Shown here piece after piece: positions 8,611 to 18,195 of a DNA stretch of 55,053 bases. The notes below the pieces were generated by a model. It was not told where the DNA came from, did no database searches, and was given only the letters and a program-made list of their open reading frames with translations. The first letter of the stretch is position 1; the number at the start of each line of letters is the position of its first letter. This DNA is from Candidatus Brocadiia bacterium (GTDB lineage Bacteria; Planctomycetota; PUPC01), in contig JAUWIN010000003.1 of the NCBI GenBank assembly GCA_030605345.1, positions 1 to 55,053 of the forward strand, in the 5' to 3' direction. The translations under genes and the position numbers were made by a program.

Positions 8611-9929
8611 GCAAAAAGCGGTTCGTTAACGTCGGCACCGGAGGCCGGTGTGAAATGTTCATCGATGCCATCACCGGGGCCTACAAGGATTCTGCGGAGC
8701 TGGTCGGCCTCTGCGACATTAACATGGGCCGTGCCGAACTGCGACAAAGACAACTCAAAGAAAAGGGGATCGAGGTCCCAATCTATCATTCTGACAAGTT
8801 CGACCAGATGGTGGACGAACAGAAACCAGACAGCGTAATAGTCACCACGAAGGACTGTTTCCACCACAAATACATCTGCCGTGCCATGGAGCTCGGCTGC
8901 GACGCCATCACCGAAAAACCCATGACAATAGACCAAGACAAGTGCCAGCAGATTGTTGACACCATCAACAAAACCGGCAAAGACCTTCGCGTCACCTTCA
9001 ACTATCGCTATTCACCCTCGCACACACAGGTAAAGCGATTGCTTCGGGACGGTGTCATCGGAAAGATCCTTTCGGTCGATTTCGCATGGAACCTGGACGT
9101 ACACCACGGCGCCGACTATTACCGCAGGTGGCATCGCCACAAGGCGAACAGCGGCGGGTTGCTTGTCCACAAAGCAACACACCACTTCGATTTGCTCAAC
9201 TGGTGGATTTGTTCCTCGCCCGAAACCGTCGTCGCCCTTGGCCGTCGCGCGTTTTATATTCCTGAAACCGCCGACAGACTCGGCCTCAACAAACGCACCG
9301 AACGCTGCCGCACCTGCCCGCACAGGCAAGACGGTTCGTGCAACTTCGCGCTCGACCTCTCCAGCAGCAAAGATCTCAAGGAACTATATCTCGACCAGGA
9401 GCACCATGACGGATACTTCCGTGACCGCTGTGTATTCAGCCCGGACATCGACATCGAAGATTCCATGAACTTGGTTGTCCGGTACGTCAGCGGTGTCCAC
9501 ATGTCTTACTGCCTCAATTCCTTCCTCCCGTGGGAGGGGTTCCGCGTCATGTTCAACGGCACCAGCGGGCGGCTCGAATATCAGGGACTCGAGTCCCCCT
9601 ATATCAGCGGCGACGGCACCGTCCCCGGCGAGAGAATCGAAGAAAAAAGCCATATCCATGTCTATCCGCAGTTCGCAGATCCATATAACATCGAACTTGA
9701 AACCGGCAGCGGCGGCCACGGCGGGGGCGACACACGTCTGCTCGACGACGTCCTCGGCGAGAGGCGCGAGGACCCTCTCAACCACGCCGCCGGCGTAGCC
9801 GAAGGATGCTGGTCAATCCTCACCGGCGTCTCGGCAAATATCTCAATGGCAGGCGGCGGACAGCCGGTCTATACCCCCGGCCTCGTCTCCGGAATACCGG
9901 AAGCGAACTTCGGCGAGGTGCCCCAATAG
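8607..9929 (+). CDS. Gfo/Idh/MocA-family NAD(P)-dependent oxidoreductase
   Basis: The N-terminal Rossmann region reads KRFVNVGTGGRCEMFIDAI...LVGLCDIN, followed by DSVIVTTKDCFHHKYICRAMELGCDAITEKPM and the typical EKP motif. Confidence 0.8.
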   Translation: MSKKRFVNVGTGGRCEMFIDAITGAYKDSAELVGLCDINMGRAELRQRQLKEKGIEVPIYHSDKFDQMVDEQKPDSVIVTTKDCFHHKYICRAMELGCDAITEKPMTIDQDKCQQIVDTINKTGKDLRVTFNYRYSPSHTQVKRLLRDGVIGKILSVDFAWNLDVHHGADYYRRWHRHKANSGGLLVHKATHHFDLLNWWICSSPETVVALGRRAFYIPETADRLGLNKRTERCRTCPHRQDGSCNFALDLSSSKDLKELYLDQEHHDGYFRDRCVFSPDIDIEDSMNLVVRYVSGVHMSYCLNSFLPWEGFRVMFNGTSGRLEYQGLESPYISGDGTVPGERIEEKSHIHVYPQFADPYNIELETGSGGHGGGDTRLLDDVLGERREDPLNHAAGVAEGCWSILTGVSANISMAGGGQPVYTPGLVSGIPEANFGEVPQ

Positions 9930-9975
9930 CACAAAGGCCAACAATAGCTGCGGCAGCGCAAAGGAGGACCAACAC

Positions 9976-10746
9976 GTGGCCGACCAATCTGATAACTCAC
10001 TCGACCTGACGTCGTTGCGACTGGTCGTTGCCGACCACGTCGCACCATTCTTCGAACGCGTATTGGAATCACGGCGTGACCTTGTGCTGGCGCTGCACGT
10101 CATCGGCAGCGCGGTCACCGACGACTTCGACCCTCAGCGGTCGGATATCAACTCGGTGGTTGTGGTCCGAGAAATGGACCTGGAGCTCCTCGACTTGCTG
10201 GGGTCGCTTTGCCACGAGTTCGAAGACAGCCGTATCGGCCCGCCCATGCTGATAACTCCGAAATACATCGAGCGATGGCGCGACGCCTCACCCATCGAAC
10301 TGCTTGACGTGAAGCTGGTCAACACGCTGGTCTATGGCGTTGACCTGCTCTCACCGGTCGAAATCGGCCGCGCCCCCGTCCGGCTGCAATGCAAGCGCGA
10401 GCTCCGGAGCCGGCTCATCACGTTGAGCCGCGGGTATGTCAGCGCCGCGGGCAACAAGCGCCGCCTGACCGCCCTGCTGCACGATTCTGTGTTCGGCATT
10501 GCCCCGCTTATGCGGGGGATACTTTACGCCCGAGGCGAAGAACCACCGACCACCACCGGGCCGCTCTTCGACGCGCTCGCCTCCTTCGTCGGCACCACCG
10601 CGCTCTCATTCAAGGAAGTTTACTGGATGAAATTGCGCCAGACCAAAATGTCGGTGTCGCGCGTCAGGGCGATACTGGAGGACTACTACAGGGCCATAGA
10701 AACCCTCATCGATGTGGTGGACGAAATTGAAGCCCCGGACACGTAG
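9976..10746 (+). CDS. Nucleotidyltransferase-fold protein fused to a HEPN-like helical domain (KNTase-like architecture)
   Basis: GTG start after AAGGAGGA. It has the NTase motif HVIGSAVTDDFDPQRSDINSVVVV, where the usual D-x-D is D-I-N here. A later RRLTALLH matches the HEPN R-x4-6-H motif. Confidence 0.5.
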   Translation: MADQSDNSLDLTSLRLVVADHVAPFFERVLESRRDLVLALHVIGSAVTDDFDPQRSDINSVVVVREMDLELLDLLGSLCHEFEDSRIGPPMLITPKYIERWRDASPIELLDVKLVNTLVYGVDLLSPVEIGRAPVRLQCKRELRSRLITLSRGYVSAAGNKRRLTALLHDSVFGIAPLMRGILYARGEEPPTTTGPLFDALASFVGTTALSFKEVYWMKLRQTKMSVSRVRAILEDYYRAIETLIDVVDEIEAPDT

Positions 10747-13700
10747 GAACAGTTTCTTCTTCGTCTGCGTGTTCACGGCCCTTTCCGCACATCCTGCGGC
10801 CGCGGAATTACCAGTCAAGTCCGTCCGGCTCGTCCTCTCGCCACAAGCCGACAAGCCCGTGGCCCGCGGGCTGATGCAGACGAAGCCCGGCTCGCCATAC
10901 AGCGCTGACAGGCTGGCAGGCGACCTCCGCAGGCTCCGGATGGTCGGCTGTGTTCCTGCCACGCTCGAACTGAACTTCGGCGCCGATGGCGCGGCGATAT
11001 CGTTGTCCGCGTCGCACACCGAAGACCTCTCCCGGCCGTATGTCCAACGGATAAAATTTACCGGCGGCGTGACGGCGATAAATGATGCCTGTCGGCAGGC
11101 GCTCAGCCAGCAGGTCTCAACCCTGTTCCGAAAACGCATTCTGAATTACCGCGCCGTCCTGCGAGACAAGCGCACCATCGAGCAGGAATACGCCGCCCGC
11201 GGCTACCTGGACGCCCGGGTGAGCAGAATCGCCGTGAAGGCCTCCCAGAACGCTCGCTCGGCAACCGTGCGTTTCGAGGTCGGACCAGGGGTGCTCTTCA
11301 CGCTCGGCAAGGTCAGCATCCGCCACAACCGGCAAATCAAGGCCGATGAACTAATCAAAGCGCTGGGGCTCGGCGCCAAAACCACGTGGACGAAGAACGT
11401 CCGCGCCCGGATTGTTGACCGCGCCACGCGCTTCTGCCGCGAACGCGGATACCTGGACGCAAGCGTGGAGGCCGTCGCAGAAAAACACCCACGCGGCACC
11501 GTCGATCTCCGGCTCGAACTGACCGAAGGGAATCAATACGTCCTCCGCAACGCGATCGTGCGCGGGGCGGGCAACTACAAGCACCAAGTCGCCGAACTTA
11601 TCACGCTCCGCAAGGACCAGCCGGTCAAGCAGCCGGAAGTCGATGCGCTCAGGCAAGCCATCGAGGACATCGGGGTGTTCACCAACATTGAGATACTCTT
11701 CGTCCCGCTTCGCGGCAAGCCGCCCGGCCACTGCGACATGGTCATACGCCTGACCCCGGTCGACCTCGGCCGCGCAATCGGCGAGGCAGAGAAACTTTAC
11801 TACCAAACGGCAAAGAAGATCATCAGGCTCTACAACCGTGACACGAAAGTCCGGTCTGTTTCTGTCTCTGGATTCTTCACCCACAACGCCAAGCGGTTCG
11901 ACGTCGATGCCACCGTCAGCCGGCCGCACTACGCACACGTCGAAGTTTCCCTCCCTCCCCACGCCTCCGGGTCGAAATCAGCCCGGCCACGCATCCTGTT
12001 ACACTGGGACGGGGACTCTGCCGTCCTCTCCCTTCCGGGATTCGGTTTGTTAACCTTGCCGGCCTTCCCGGCGCTCAAGTTCGCCATTCTTCCGCCGGAC
12101 CCCGATCGCGGCCTGCCGGCTGAGGTGCGTATCGCGCCCGGACTGGTAGGGAAGCGGGCCGACGCTGAATGCATCGTGCTTGGCGAACGCTGTCCACCTG
12201 TCGCCGCCTACTTCACCGAGCTGGCTGCACGATTCGAAAAGACCCCGCCAAAGATTGACCAGAACGGCGCGCTGCTGCTCACGGGCGAATCCGGCAACGT
12301 CCGAGCACGGATTACGGTTGGCCCTGACAAGCTCCCCCGCCATATCACACTCTACGATAACCAGGGCAAGGAGACCGCGCAGCTTGCTCTCAGGATTGGC
12401 CCCGAGCAGGCCGAGAAAACCGAACTTGACTTCCAGGGTGAAAAAGACGCCTCTGCGGGGTCTGCGTTGATGGCCGTCCTCTTCTGCGCGCTGGGCCGGC
12501 CAGACACCGCAGCCGAACTCGCCAGCGCCGCTCTGGCCGAAGACCCTGAAATCCCCGAATCCCTCGCCGCGCGTGGCCTAGCCCGGATTGCGTCCGGCCC
12601 GCCCGAAGCCGGGCTCGCAGACCTCCGCAGGGCCGCAGGATTGTCCGAACACCCTGCATATAAACTGCTGCTGGCAGAGACGCTGATCCGGGGACAACGC
12701 TTCGCCCCGGCCGGAGCAATTTGCGAAAAGTTGCTCAACTCGCAAATTACCCCGGCCACCAAAACCGGACCCGCCGACGTTCTGCTGGGCGCGAGCATCA
12801 GCCTGTGGGCGGCGCTCAACACACTTCTCGCCGGGCCGCCCGACTACCAGCAGCGCGCGGCCATCGATGGAGCCCTAGCCCACATCGGGCTTCGCCAATA
12901 CAGCGAGGCGGCAGCTCTGACCAGCAAGATGGCGCGGAACGACGAGACGCAGGCAATTGAACTCCTGGCGCGGTGCCAGCTCAGCCTGGGCAATCCCAGG
13001 GCCGCCCTGAAGACACTCGCCCGGCTGAACCCCCCCAACAGAAAGCCACAGGTCGATATCTACGCTGCCCTCGCACATCACATCCTGGGCGAAGAGCAAC
13101 AGGCTGCACGCGCGCTCGGCAAGGCAATAAAAAGAAAAAGAACCCTCCGAAATCTCCTGTTCCTCCAAAACCAGGCCGCCGAAATCCATCCGCGATACAA
13201 TGAGCCGCGAGCCAAGGCCGGGCTGGCGAAAATCTTCAGCCAAGCCACAATGGACCCCCACCAGCCCGAACAAAACGCGGAATTTGCTGCGATTGTGAAC
13301 GACGCTTACGTGCGCAAGACCGACGCCGACGAATTGGCCGAACGACTGGCCGCACGTGACACCCTGGGCGACGTGCCACGCGCAACGCTGCGCTCGACCG
13401 CTCTGAAGCAAATCATCGAGGACATGCTCATCATCCGCTGGGCGACTTGGCGCGGCCTAACTGTCTCCGACGACGAATTATACCAAGCGATAGGGGACGA
13501 AATGGAACGCCTGGGCATGGACAACTTCGACCAGTACAAAACGCTGCTCGAAGAGCGCGGCAGCAGCATTGCCGAACGCTCGGCGGAGATTCGCGACAGC
13601 ATCCTGAAGCGCAAGGCGTTCTGGACGGTCCTCTCGGACAAGGTGCTGGTGCGCCCGGCAGATGTCCGCAGTTACTACGAACAGAACCCCGAGCGCTTCG

Positions 13701-14149
13701 AGCTGCCGCCCACGGCGCGGATGCGAATGATCACGCTGGAGTTCAACAGGTTCCGCGAAAAGAACCAGGCTTCCCGCCTTGCCCGGGCTTTGCTCGAGCG
13801 ATTGAAAGCAGAGCCGGGCACGTTCGAAAAACTGGCAAAAGAATACTCCCAAGACGCCAATGCAGAGCGCGGCGGGCTGTGGGAGGATGTGACCAAAGCG
13901 TCGCTTATCGAGCCGCTCGATGAGGTCGTCTTCGGGCTTGAGCCGGGGCAGATGAGCGAAGTGGTTCAAACCGAGCGGGGCTGCCACATCGTTCGCCTGG
14001 AACATATCCTGCCCCGGCGCAAAATACAGTTCGAACAGGCTGTCCCCGACATCGTCCGCAAAATACATGAGCGCCGCGCCCGCGCGGAGATTGCTGCCTG
14101 GCTCGAACGGCTCAAGGCGAAGTCGTACATCAAAATCTTCCCGAAATAA
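10712..14149 (+). CDS. Secreted multidomain protein: POTRA-like repeats + TPR-like region + SurA-like/parvulin PPIase
   Basis: The signal peptide reads RRNSFFFVCVFTALSAHPAAA-E. BamA-type POTRA patterns are present: IEQEYAARGYLDARVSRIAV...VRFEVGPGVLFTLGKVSIRHN and FCRERGYLDASVEAV...LRLELTEGNQYVLRNAIVRGAG. Ala/Leu-rich TPR-like repeats lie at about 12480-13110. The C-terminal parvulin region, at about 13700-14010, reads ARMRMITLEF...AERGGLWEDVTKASLIEPLDEVVFGLEPGQMSEVVQTERGCHIVRLEHI. Confidence 0.7.
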   Translation: MWWTKLKPRTRRNSFFFVCVFTALSAHPAAAELPVKSVRLVLSPQADKPVARGLMQTKPGSPYSADRLAGDLRRLRMVGCVPATLELNFGADGAAISLSASHTEDLSRPYVQRIKFTGGVTAINDACRQALSQQVSTLFRKRILNYRAVLRDKRTIEQEYAARGYLDARVSRIAVKASQNARSATVRFEVGPGVLFTLGKVSIRHNRQIKADELIKALGLGAKTTWTKNVRARIVDRATRFCRERGYLDASVEAVAEKHPRGTVDLRLELTEGNQYVLRNAIVRGAGNYKHQVAELITLRKDQPVKQPEVDALRQAIEDIGVFTNIEILFVPLRGKPPGHCDMVIRLTPVDLGRAIGEAEKLYYQTAKKIIRLYNRDTKVRSVSVSGFFTHNAKRFDVDATVSRPHYAHVEVSLPPHASGSKSARPRILLHWDGDSAVLSLPGFGLLTLPAFPALKFAILPPDPDRGLPAEVRIAPGLVGKRADAECIVLGERCPPVAAYFTELAARFEKTPPKIDQNGALLLTGESGNVRARITVGPDKLPRHITLYDNQGKETAQLALRIGPEQAEKTELDFQGEKDASAGSALMAVLFCALGRPDTAAELASAALAEDPEIPESLAARGLARIASGPPEAGLADLRRAAGLSEHPAYKLLLAETLIRGQRFAPAGAICEKLLNSQITPATKTGPADVLLGASISLWAALNTLLAGPPDYQQRAAIDGALAHIGLRQYSEAAALTSKMARNDETQAIELLARCQLSLGNPRAALKTLARLNPPNRKPQVDIYAALAHHILGEEQQAARALGKAIKRKRTLRNLLFLQNQAAEIHPRYNEPRAKAGLAKIFSQATMDPHQPEQNAEFAAIVNDAYVRKTDADELAERLAARDTLGDVPRATLRSTALKQIIEDMLIIRWATWRGLTVSDDELYQAIGDEMERLGMDNFDQYKTLLEERGSSIAERSAEIRDSILKRKAFWTVLSDKVLVRPADVRSYYEQNPERFELPPTARMRMITLEFNRFREKNQASRLARALLERLKAEPGTFEKLAKEYSQDANAERGGLWEDVTKASLIEPLDEVVFGLEPGQMSEVVQTERGCHIVRLEHILPRRKIQFEQAVPDIVRKIHERRARAEIAAWLERLKAKSYIKIFPK

Positions 14150-14191
14150 CCACTCGCTCGAGCGTTGAGAAAGCTTGCATCGGCCCTGATG

Positions 14192-14938
14192 CTACTTCTG
14201 ACCCATGAGCTTGTGGACCTGCGGGATGACGCGGACGTCGTCCAACACATCAAGCGCGGCGGCTTGAAGTTCGAGCAGTCGTGTCGGGCCGGGCGGCTGT
14301 ATTTTGTGGCCGCCCGGAGTAACCGGCTGAACCACGAGCGGGATGTCTTTCCCGACCGACGCAATGACCTCGCAGGCCTGCGTCAACTCGCCGCTGGATG
14401 TTTTGTCTGCCACTACTACCTTGGCGAACACCTCTGCGGCGGTAGCCACCGACCGAAACTCCCGCCAGATGTCTGCGGCGGTTGCATACCCCGCCGACGA
14501 CGCGATTTTGATGTCCATCGCTACCGTGTGCACCAGGCCGATGACCTTCTCGAGTTCGCCGGGGAGCGTGCCGTTTGTTTCCAGGTAGAACCTCCGCCCT
14601 TCGCACAGCGGAGCGAATTCACTGATGAAATCCGCCGCCAGCAACGGCTCGCCGCCGGTCAGGCAAACCGAGTCGTGCCAATGATTCTTGTCAAGGCGTT
14701 CGAGCGCCGCAGCGAGTTCCGGCGCGGGCATTGGGTTCGCCGACCGGCCGAACTCGCGCCCGCCGGGCGTTTGCTCCACCTGTGCGAAGCGCGTTGCCTT
14801 GCGCGCCTCGGGCGTGTCGCAATACAGACACGACAGGTTGCAGCCGGCGAAGCGCACAAAAACCTGCCGCACGCCGACGTGCACACCCTCACCCTGGATG
14901 CCACTGAAGACCTCGCAGAGACTTGCCGTTGCACTCAC
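14192..14938 (-). CDS. queE: 7-carboxy-7-deazaguanine synthase (radical SAM)
   Basis: CEVFSGIQGEGVHVGVRQVFVRFAGCNLSCLYCDTPEA is the QueE signature with a CxxxCxxC cluster, and the C-terminal end has RVIPQVHKLMG. The GTG start overlaps the addA stop (GTGA). Confidence 0.85.
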   Translation of the reverse strand: MSATASLCEVFSGIQGEGVHVGVRQVFVRFAGCNLSCLYCDTPEARKATRFAQVEQTPGGREFGRSANPMPAPELAAALERLDKNHWHDSVCLTGGEPLLAADFISEFAPLCEGRRFYLETNGTLPGELEKVIGLVHTVAMDIKIASSAGYATAADIWREFRSVATAAEVFAKVVVADKTSSGELTQACEVIASVGKDIPLVVQPVTPGGHKIQPPGPTRLLELQAAALDVLDDVRVIPQVHKLMGQK

Positions 14939-17900
14939 AGTTCGGCTTTCACCCTTTCGATTAATGCGCTGTTTATCTCAACGGGAATTTCGCTCCCGCT
15001 TCGGAGAAACAGCAGAGAAGCCGACACGGGCAGTTCACCGAACACCTCGGCCGCCGCCAGCGCATAAGCACCTATCTGGAGACGATACTGCGTCGCATGT
15101 TCAGAGAGTTGTTCCTCTGGCACGTCGTCGGTCTTGTAGTCGGCGATGGTGAGGCCGTGCCCATCGTCGAAGGCGAGGTCGATAACCCCCTCGAGAACCG
15201 CCCCGCTGGCGCTGACCGCGAAGGGCACTTCGCGATACAATTTTGACGCCTCGGCTGCCCGCCTGACCAGAGGCATGTCCAGCGCGTTCTTCGCCAGCCG
15301 CTCGATGACGCGGCACTGCTCCGGCATACCGCTGCGCAGGGCCTCCACTTGCGCAACCGCGGCCAGGTCCGCTCCAGTGGCCAGATCAAGCTGCTCCAGC
15401 ACGGCGTGGGTTGCGTCGCCTATTGACCTGGCCGGCTCACCGCCGCCGGCCGCAAGGCCGAAATCTTCGTGCTCGCCGGTCCTCAGCGAGGACGCAGCCC
15501 TCAGCCGCTTCCCGGCCGAGGCGGACCGTATCAGCTGTTTCCGCTCATCCTCCCAGTCTTCCCGCTGGCGGTGCAGAGCAGCGCAGCCAGCCGGTGGCTT
15601 GCCGGACAGGTCGACGCGGAACGCCGCGCTCTCTGTCACCTTCAGGTCCTCGGGACGCGTGATAACTTCGGCCTGGTATTCGCGCACGGCCCCGGTTGCA
15701 TCATCAATGATTTCGGCAAGATATTTCAGGTAGCCCTCCGGCTTGCCCTTGCTGGGAAAATACGGCACAATCAGCCGATCGCGGGCGCGGGTGGCGGCGA
15801 CATACAACAGGCGGAGCCGTTCGGCCTCCTGCGCACGCTTCTCCCGTTCCTCCGCCTTCGCAAAACCGATAGTCTGTATCCCTTCATCCTTAGAACCGAG
15901 CCGAGCGTCGAACGTGCCTTCTGTGGGGTTGACCACGAATTTATTGTTCGGGTGGGACGACCATGAGATATCTGGGAGAGCGACGACGTGGAACTCGAGT
16001 CCCTTGGCCTGGTGGATAGTCATCAGTTTGACGAAATCCCCGGCCTCTTCCGTCAGCGGTGAATCGGCCTCCTTGGCCACGTGTGTGCGTTCTTCGAGCC
16101 AGCGCACGAATCCGCCGAACGTGGCGCCGGGTTTCTGTTCATAGGCGCGGGCGGCATCGACCACTTTTGTGAGGTTCGCCGCGCGCTGCTCCCCGTTGGG
16201 CTTCAGGTAAAACAACTGCAGCGCTTTGGTATCGGACAAAATGTCCTGCACCAGGCCGGAGATGCTCTGCGAACTTCGCGCCCGGTGCCAGCCAGCAAGT
16301 CGATCGAAGACCGAACACAGGTACGCACTACCGGGCTGTTCACGCTTGAGATAGTCAAAGTCCCCGGCCACGGCGGCCAGCTCGTCGTCCGAGACCCCGA
16401 GCAGTGAGGTCCGTAGTGCGGCAACGACGGCGGCAGCATCATAGGGCCGTTCGACCGCCGCCAGAAGCACCCGCAGTTCGACGACCTCCTGCCTGGCGAA
16501 GAAATCTTTGCCGCTCACTGTGCGAAACGGCACGCCGAGACCGCTCAGCGCCGCTTCGTAGGCGCCGAGGGCGAGGCGCTTGTGGAAGAGCAGCGCAAAA
16601 TCGCCGAACCGCACGGGCCGCATAGTGTGCGTGTCCTTGTCGAACACCTCGTCGGCGTCTCCGACCATCTGGTTTATGTGGGCGGCCACAGCTGCCGCTT
16701 CGGCGGTCCGGGCGTCATCGATCTTACTGAACTCCTCGCCCGCTGGCGGCCTCAGCACCGTCGTGGCCGCCGCCGCATCCTTCCGCCACGCTGCCAGCGG
16801 GACATAGTCCGGCTGGTAAGCCCCGTTCTCAGGCCTTCCGATTAATTCGCCGAACACCGCGTTGACCCAGCCGACGCACGACGCGGAGCTTCGGAAGTTC
16901 TCGCTGATGTTGACCAGTTCGCCCGAGCGCCGCACGACCTGCTTGGCTTCCTCATACGCCTCAACGTCGGCGTGGCGGAAGCGGTAGATGGATTGCTTCG
17001 GGTCGCCCACGAAGAGCAGTTTGCCCGGAACGATGCTAACGTCGCGCCAGGTGTCGGCCGTGGCGCCATCCTCGGCAAGGAAAAAGACAATCTCCGTTTG
17101 CAGTGGGTCTGTGTCCTGGCACTCATCGACAAGGATCATCTTGAATCGGCGCTGGAAATACGCTCGAACTCTCCGGTTGTCGCGGAGCAAGTTGCGGGCC
17201 TTCAGCAGCAGATCATCGAAGTCCAGGACTGCCCTGTCGCGTTTCGCCGCCGCGTATTCATCCAGCATTCCGCGGACCAGGCCGGCAAGTCGGTGGACCA
17301 GCATGTGGCTGGCCGGGTCGCGCAGGTCAGCCACCAGATCCTCTAACTCGTTCAGCCCGGCCTTACAGGCGTCCTTGGTGTTCTTATCCTTGCAAGCGTT
17401 TCTGCACTGTTTTGCGCCCAAGGGCGGAATCGAGGATATACGTGCCAGCATGTCGTCATGGTCGGCCTCCTTGATTTCGTCGGCGGCACGGACGGCTGCG
17501 AGGATTCTGGAGACGCAAGAGCAACTCGGCGAGGCACATTTCTGCTGCATCCGGACGTAAAGTTGGCGTGCCTTCGGCACAAAGTCGCTCCGAAAATCCT
17601 CCAATCTGTTGGTCAGGTGCACCTCTTCGCCCGGCAGCTCCAGATCACGATACTCCCGCAGATTAAACGCCAGATCCCTGACGTTCCCCACGGTGAGGCC
17701 AGCCAGGAATGCCTCGCTGAGCGCACCGTCTTCGTTATTTAGTTCCCGGTCGAGCCAGTTGGCCCAGACCTGTTCAAAAAGCAGCGACGTCTCCATCTCG
17801 TCGCCGATTTCGAAGCCAGGGTCCACGCCCGCTTCGACTGGTCGCTCGCGCAGTATCTCGGAGGCGAAAGAGTGGATTGTGGAGGTGTGGGCTGTATCGA

Positions 17901-18195
17901 GCGCAGCCAGGGCGTCCGAAATCCGCTGGGCAGCCTGGCCTTCGGTCTCAACTTGGAGGCCTTCGAGTTCGTCGCGGAGCCGCACCTTGAGTTCACTTGC
18001 GGCGCGCTCGGTGAACGTAATCGCCACGACTTCGTCCATCCGTGCGCGGCCGGTCCGGATGGCTTCGACGATGCGCCCGGTCAGCACGGTGGTCTTGCCT
18101 GTGCCGGCGCCGGCCTCCACGGCGAACGAGGTGTTCAGGTCGCGCTCGATCCTGTCACGAGCCTGCTGGTCGATGGGCGCGTTGTCACCGCTCAT
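14935..18195 (-). CDS. addA: UvrD/Rep-type helicase fused to a C-terminal PD-(D/E)XK nuclease (AddA/RecB-like)
   Basis: It has the Walker A motif VEAGAGTGKTTVL, plus ILVDECQDTDPLQ, VGDPKQSIYRFR, TIHQAKGLEFHVV and YVAATRARDRL. The nuclease motif reads VIDLAFDDGHGLTIADYKTD...QLQIGAYALA. Confidence 0.8.
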   Translation of the reverse strand: MSGDNAPIDQQARDRIERDLNTSFAVEAGAGTGKTTVLTGRIVEAIRTGRARMDEVVAITFTERAASELKVRLRDELEGLQVETEGQAAQRISDALAALDTAHTSTIHSFASEILRERPVEAGVDPGFEIGDEMETSLLFEQVWANWLDRELNNEDGALSEAFLAGLTVGNVRDLAFNLREYRDLELPGEEVHLTNRLEDFRSDFVPKARQLYVRMQQKCASPSCSCVSRILAAVRAADEIKEADHDDMLARISSIPPLGAKQCRNACKDKNTKDACKAGLNELEDLVADLRDPASHMLVHRLAGLVRGMLDEYAAAKRDRAVLDFDDLLLKARNLLRDNRRVRAYFQRRFKMILVDECQDTDPLQTEIVFFLAEDGATADTWRDVSIVPGKLLFVGDPKQSIYRFRHADVEAYEEAKQVVRRSGELVNISENFRSSASCVGWVNAVFGELIGRPENGAYQPDYVPLAAWRKDAAAATTVLRPPAGEEFSKIDDARTAEAAAVAAHINQMVGDADEVFDKDTHTMRPVRFGDFALLFHKRLALGAYEAALSGLGVPFRTVSGKDFFARQEVVELRVLLAAVERPYDAAAVVAALRTSLLGVSDDELAAVAGDFDYLKREQPGSAYLCSVFDRLAGWHRARSSQSISGLVQDILSDTKALQLFYLKPNGEQRAANLTKVVDAARAYEQKPGATFGGFVRWLEERTHVAKEADSPLTEEAGDFVKLMTIHQAKGLEFHVVALPDISWSSHPNNKFVVNPTEGTFDARLGSKDEGIQTIGFAKAEEREKRAQEAERLRLLYVAATRARDRLIVPYFPSKGKPEGYLKYLAEIIDDATGAVREYQAEVITRPEDLKVTESAAFRVDLSGKPPAGCAALHRQREDWEDERKQLIRSASAGKRLRAASSLRTGEHEDFGLAAGGGEPARSIGDATHAVLEQLDLATGADLAAVAQVEALRSGMPEQCRVIERLAKNALDMPLVRRAAEASKLYREVPFAVSASGAVLEGVIDLAFDDGHGLTIADYKTDDVPEEQLSEHATQYRLQIGAYALAAAEVFGELPVSASLLFLRSGSEIPVEINSALIERVKAEL

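Noticed and set aside
14155-14164. A perfect 10-bp palindrome, CGCTCGAGCG, in the convergent spacer between the parvulin-fusion gene and queE
   Set aside because: It is too short and loop-less to be a terminator. There is a single occurrence and no flanking half-sites, so chance occurrence in GC-rich DNA is likely.
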